Shown here: positions 59,960-64,000 of the stretch, piece by piece
Position numbering within the stretch: position 1 is the first letter of the stretch
How the letters are laid out: each line of letters starts with the position of its first letter
From: Candidatus Micrarchaeia archaeon
Lineage (GTDB): Archaea > Micrarchaeota > Micrarchaeia > Micrarchaeales > Micrarchaeaceae
Direction of reading: 5' to 3'
Assembly: GCA_049964795.1 (NCBI GenBank)
Contig: JBMFWY010000001.1
Span: 12,539-76,538 of the forward strand
Length of the DNA: 64,000 nt
Notes under the pieces: model-generated
Databases searched by the model: none
What the model saw: the letters and a program-made list of their open reading frames with translations, nothing else
What the model was told of the DNA's origin: nothing
Program-made: the position numbers and the translations under genes

Positions 59960-60718
59960 ATGCATCTTGACCCTGTAATAGTAGGTGAAAAAATTCTTCC
60001 GGTAGCGCTAGTCAAGAAAAATACAAGGGTAATGAAGGGCAAGGTAGTGGAGGACACAATAGTAATAGAAGTCCCAAGCGCATGGAAAGAAAGCTATGCG
60101 ATGGAGTGTGCAGCAAGAATAAGAAAAAGAGTAGAAAAAGTGCTTATCAAAAATCCATACGCCTTTGAAAACGGCAAGCTGCCTAATTTCAAGGGCATGC
60201 GGCGCATAATCGCTATGGATGAAGCATTTTCCGTGAATAGGGAGCAGACAAAAGGCAAAAGGATAAGGGTTAGCGTAGGGGAAGGGGCAATAAGTATAAA
60301 AATTCCGGAAATGCTAAGGGAAGAAGATGAGCCAATGGTTTCTCGCGCGGTGATAAGGGCTATTTCAAAAAGGTTTTTCAAAAAATTTGTTTCCGAAGTG
60401 GAAGAAGAGAACAGCAAATTCTTCAATTCGCGGTTCAATGCGATAAGGCTCAAAAAAACTACAGGAAGGTGGGGTTCCTATTCAAGCAAAGGGAATATGA
60501 ATTTCTCTTCTTTGCTCCTTTTCATGCCAAAGGAAATACGGGAATCGGTAATAGTGCACGAGTTGGCGCATACGCGGGTCAGGGACCATTCCCCAAAATT
60601 CTGGAGCTTGGTCTATTCGATAATGCCCGATTACAAGGAAAGAAGGAAGTGGCTAAACAGATACCAAAGCTTCCCATTGGATAAGAGGCCGGAAGAATAC
60701 AGGCCGCTAGGCACGTAG
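59960..60718 (+). CDS. YgjP/DUF45 (M48-like) metallohydrolase
   Basis: RWGS.S, VHELAH...DHS..FW..V...MPDY; TAAAGGTG RBS before ATG 59960 (alternative start 59927). Confidence 0.88.
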   Translation: MHLDPVIVGEKILPVALVKKNTRVMKGKVVEDTIVIEVPSAWKESYAMECAARIRKRVEKVLIKNPYAFENGKLPNFKGMRRIIAMDEAFSVNREQTKGKRIRVSVGEGAISIKIPEMLREEDEPMVSRAVIRAISKRFFKKFVSEVEEENSKFFNSRFNAIRLKKTTGRWGSYSSKGNMNFSSLLLFMPKEIRESVIVHELAHTRVRDHSPKFWSLVYSIMPDYKERRKWLNRYQSFPLDKRPEEYRPLGT

Positions 60719-61222
60719 CTCCTTCAAAATACGCCTTGCAGTTTTCTCGACGCGCTTCCAATGGCTCCCGCGCCAATACACCTTCTTGCACTTGGGGCAA
60801 TAATAAAAATAGGGGTAGCGCAAAGAGATTTTTTTTGAAAGCCCGTGTTTTATTGCGCTATCCTTGGTTATTTTCCTAAGGTTTGAATTGCATAGAGGGC
60901 ATATCTCTTTGTCTAGGCTAGGCTTCAAGCCCAATATGTCAAACACTTCGACCAGCTGGCTCTCTAGGCCTTTTCCGGTTACCAGCACGCTTCTCACTTT
61001 TGCTTTCAAGGCTCTTGCATACAAAGCCTTGTCAGATGTCAATAGTACCGCGTGCACCCTTTTGACATAACGCAATATTCTTGCGTCCTCGATGTAAGGC
61101 GCACTTTCGACTCCTATGCCCAAAAGACGCATCCATCTTGCAAGTTTTGCAAGCATCGCGTCTGCCACTATCCTTTCGCGCTTTGGTTTGGAAGGCGGGG
61201 CGCGCGCTTTTGAGATTTGCAT
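60707..61222 (-). CDS. Mut7-C RNase (DUF82; PIN plus zinc ribbon)
   Basis: DAMLAKLARWMRLLG, LLTSD, CPLCN, CPKCKKVYWRGSH. Confidence 0.9.
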   Translation of the reverse strand: MQISKARAPPSKPKRERIVADAMLAKLARWMRLLGIGVESAPYIEDARILRYVKRVHAVLLTSDKALYARALKAKVRSVLVTGKGLESQLVEVFDILGLKPSLDKEICPLCNSNLRKITKDSAIKHGLSKKISLRYPYFYYCPKCKKVYWRGSHWKRVEKTARRILKELRA

Positions 61223-61333
61223 ATTATGCCGCTTACGCCCAGATGTAAACAGAGGATCATGCATATTATGATTTTTGAGGAAGTCTTTTTTATTTTTGTG
61301 TGAAAAGGTTAATTGCTCAACTGCGTGTTTTCG

Positions 61334-63640
61334 ATGATTGATTATATAGAGCTCAAGGGATGGAAGACCCACGCCAATACAAGGATAGAATTCAGAAAAG
61401 GCACAAATGTGCTTATCGGCATAATGGGCGCTGGCAAGAGCTCTGTGATGGATGCAATATCTTTTGCATTGTTTGGAACATTCCCTGCGCTTAAGCAGAA
61501 GAAGGTAAGCCTTGAAGGAGTAATAATGAGCAGGCCGGAGCAGAAGAAAAGCGCGGAAGTCAGGCTGGCTTTCACAATCAACGGAAACGAGTATGTAGTA
61601 ACAAGAAAAATAGAAAGAGGCGCGGGCAGCTCCGCTTCTCTAGAAAAGAACGGCAAGCATCTGCAGACGCAACCTGAAAGGGTGAATGAGGAGATAGAGA
61701 AAGCGCTAGGCATGAATTTTGATACTTTTTCAAGGGCGATATATGCGGAGCAGAACAAGCTTGACTACATGCTCGAGCTCCGCAAGGGGGACAGGAAGAA
61801 GCAGATAGATGAAATGCTGAATCTTGACAGATTTGCAAGAGCTGAAGAGAACACGACAAGCCTGATAAACAATATAAAAAATGCGATTGCGGATGAAGAG
61901 CAAATGGTGGGGAGCATAGACGTAAGCACCGCGAGAGGCCAGCTAGAGTCCATGGTGCATGAAAAGGAAAAGACGGAGAGCAGCATAAACGCCTTGGGAG
62001 AAGAGAGCAAGAAAAGCGAAAAAGAGGCCGCATTACTCAAGGCGAAGCTTGAAGGCTACAAAAAAGAGTATGAAAGGAGAAAATTGCTTAGCGAGGAGCT
62101 TAACAAAATAGGCGGCAAAATAAGCTCGCTTAAGAGCGAGATAGAGAAGATTTCTGCAATGAAGATAAGCATGCAGGAAGCAAAGGCAGAAGCGGAGAGG
62201 CTTGAAGTTGAGATTGCCAATAGCTCAAAAGAGTTTGACGCTGCTTTGAGGGAGGAAAAGGAAACAGAGAGAAAGCTTGGAGAGCTTCATGCAGCAAAGC
62301 TGCAGCAGGAGAAGAAAATTGAAGAGAAGAAAAAGCTCGCCAAAAGGCTTGAAGGCATAGATCAGCGCAAGCTTGCAGAGGAACTTGAAAGCAAGTCAAA
62401 AGAATTCAAAGTTGCAGGGAACGCCGCCGCCTCGGCTGCTAGCAGAAAAAAAGAAGAGGAAAAATGGCTGAAAGAGCTTCTCGCACATATGGATGTATGT
62501 CCGCTTTGCAGGCAGTCTTTAAGCGAAGAGCTTAGGGAGAAGCTCATACAGGACAGGAAAAGCGAGATTGCAAAGCTGGAAGCAGGAGCAAAGGAAGCTG
62601 TAGAGAAGGGAGAACTGCTTGAAAAAGAGATTTCCAAGCTGCAGGATGAGCTTAATGCGGCAAAAGCGGCAGCTGAAAGGCTCAAGGAGTATGAAGGCGT
62701 AGAGGAGGCAACTGAAAAACTTGCTATTGAAGAGGAAGCTGTAAGAAAAATGGCGGAGAGCGCCGCAAAGCAGGCGCAGGTGCTGAGCGAGGAGCTTGAG
62801 CAAAGCAGGAAAAGATATGGCGAAGCAAAGCTCAAGCTCGACTACGCGCACAGGCTCGAAGCCTACAAGAAGGAGCTCGAAGAGGAGCAGGCAAGGCAGG
62901 AAAAGCTAGGCGCCGAACTTCGGCTCATTACGATAGATGAAAAGGCGATATATGAAATACAAGAGATTCTTTCAAAAGAGTCCTCAAAGCTTAGCGAACT
63001 GCTCTCCAAGCTAGCAGGTGAAAAGAAATATCTGGAAAGCGTGCTTAAGCAGATCGACGAGAAGGCAGCAGAAATAGCAAAGTTTGAAGCGATGAAGGAG
63101 AGAATAGAGCAAAGGAAGGCAATGGTAGCTGACCTTAACAAATTCAAGAGCGCCCTTGTTGATGCAGAGGCGTTGCTGAGGAGCAGCCTTGTAGAATCGG
63201 TAAACGCCCTAATGCAAGACATATGGCCAAAGCTCTACCCTTATGGAGATTTCGGCGCGGTGAGGCTCTCAGCAGAGAAAGATGATTATGTGCTTGAAAT
63301 AAATGCACAGGCCAACGGCAGCAACAATTGGGTAGAGGTTGAGAGCATAGCAAGCGGAGGCGAGAGGAGCATAACTGCGCTTGTCCTTAGGATAGCCTTG
63401 TCTATGGTGATAGTGCCCAACCTCAGGTGGCTAATTCTCGACGAGCCGACACACAACCTTGACAAAGCAGGCATTTCTAAGCTTGTAGAAGTTTTAGGAA
63501 ATACGCTTCCTGGCGTAGTGGAGCAGGTTTTTATAATAACGCACGATGAAAGCTTAAAAGAGATAAGCCCTGCCGCTATTTATATGCTTGACAGGGATAA
63601 GGCATCCAACGGGGCAACTACTGTTGGAGAGATTGCGTAA
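61334..63640 (+). CDS. rad50: Rad50/SbcC-like SMC-family ATPase
   Basis: GIMGAGKSS, Q-loop YAEQ, coiled coil with CPLC hook, SGGE, LDEPT, ITHD. Confidence 0.85.
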   Translation: MIDYIELKGWKTHANTRIEFRKGTNVLIGIMGAGKSSVMDAISFALFGTFPALKQKKVSLEGVIMSRPEQKKSAEVRLAFTINGNEYVVTRKIERGAGSSASLEKNGKHLQTQPERVNEEIEKALGMNFDTFSRAIYAEQNKLDYMLELRKGDRKKQIDEMLNLDRFARAEENTTSLINNIKNAIADEEQMVGSIDVSTARGQLESMVHEKEKTESSINALGEESKKSEKEAALLKAKLEGYKKEYERRKLLSEELNKIGGKISSLKSEIEKISAMKISMQEAKAEAERLEVEIANSSKEFDAALREEKETERKLGELHAAKLQQEKKIEEKKKLAKRLEGIDQRKLAEELESKSKEFKVAGNAAASAASRKKEEEKWLKELLAHMDVCPLCRQSLSEELREKLIQDRKSEIAKLEAGAKEAVEKGELLEKEISKLQDELNAAKAAAERLKEYEGVEEATEKLAIEEEAVRKMAESAAKQAQVLSEELEQSRKRYGEAKLKLDYAHRLEAYKKELEEEQARQEKLGAELRLITIDEKAIYEIQEILSKESSKLSELLSKLAGEKKYLESVLKQIDEKAAEIAKFEAMKERIEQRKAMVADLNKFKSALVDAEALLRSSLVESVNALMQDIWPKLYPYGDFGAVRLSAEKDDYVLEINAQANGSNNWVEVESIASGGERSITALVLRIALSMVIVPNLRWLILDEPTHNLDKAGISKLVEVLGNTLPGVVEQVFIITHDESLKEISPAAIYMLDRDKASNGATTVGEIA

Positions 63641-63670
63641 AAAGAGGCTTAGCTGTTCTTAAATGTACAA

Positions 63671-64000
63671 TTACACCTCATCTATTTCGAATCCTTCACT
63701 GCTTCTTTTGCTTTCTCCACCTAGTATTGAAGAACTTTTTACTCCTGTTATTATAGCTATTGCTTCTATTTTTCCAGCATAGGTAGGGTCGATCCTTGCA
63801 CCCCAGATAACATTTGCTGAAGGAGAAACATGATCGGCAAGCCTTGAGCCTATTTCGTTTGCTTCACCTAAAGTCATGTCTTCGCCCCCTGTTATGTGTA
63901 TAAGCATGTTTGTTGCATCCTCATAATCTACATCCAGCAGCTTGTTCTTAAGCGTGTTTTCGACTGCTTCTTCGACTTTATTTGTACCGTGGCCTTCACC
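63671..64000 (-). CDS. ftsZ: FtsZ (copy C), C-terminal part; gene continues beyond window
   Basis: GEGHGTNKVEEAVENTLKNKLLDVDYE..MLIHITGG..NVIWGARID..IITGV. Confidence 0.9.
   Translation of the reverse strand, partial: GEGHGTNKVEEAVENTLKNKLLDVDYEDATNMLIHITGGEDMTLGEANEIGSRLADHVSPSANVIWGARIDPTYAGKIEAIAIITGVKSSSILGGESKRSSEGFEIDEV

Noticed and set aside
61342-63474. Series of long antisense ORFs
   Set aside because: Ser/Phe/Leu-rich shadows of the purine-rich coiled-coil gene, as also seen opposite alaS, aspS and mcm

Overview
This is a gene-dense archaeal chromosome segment, most likely from a DPANN archaeon of the Micrarchaeota (ARMAN-like). That placement is inferred from the divergent unlinked 16S rRNA and the gene repertoire, not from a database search. 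Most genes are housekeeping. Translation genes include alaS, gltX, metG, aspS, gatCAB, rpl1/10/12, rps8e, rps24e, eIF5A and EF-1beta; transcription genes are rpoL, rpoE1 and spt4. Replication and division genes are mcm, a rad50-like ATPase, sepF and three ftsZ copies. The window also holds two ABC systems, surface proteins and an intron-containing tRNA-Thr(CGT). The most notable items are: (1) a stand-alone 16S rRNA with a 523-nt BHB-type intron encoding a LAGLIDADG protein that lacks its catalytic acids and whose stop codon spans the predicted splice site; (2) compensatory changes at near-universal 16S positions and a non-canonical anti-SD tail (CACCUUU) matched by AAAGGTG(A) ribosome-binding sites; (3) an EXO5-like Fe-S exonuclease; (4) a GDGT ring synthase-like radical SAM protein plus CarS; (5) a bacterial-type, likely non-discriminating AspRS clustered with gatCAB, asparaginase and glnA; (6) three ftsZ paralogs with nucleotide-identical patches; (7) two DUF4258 toxin-like genes with no adjacent antitoxin. 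No CRISPR array, transposase or integrase was seen. All product calls come from motif recognition by eye.
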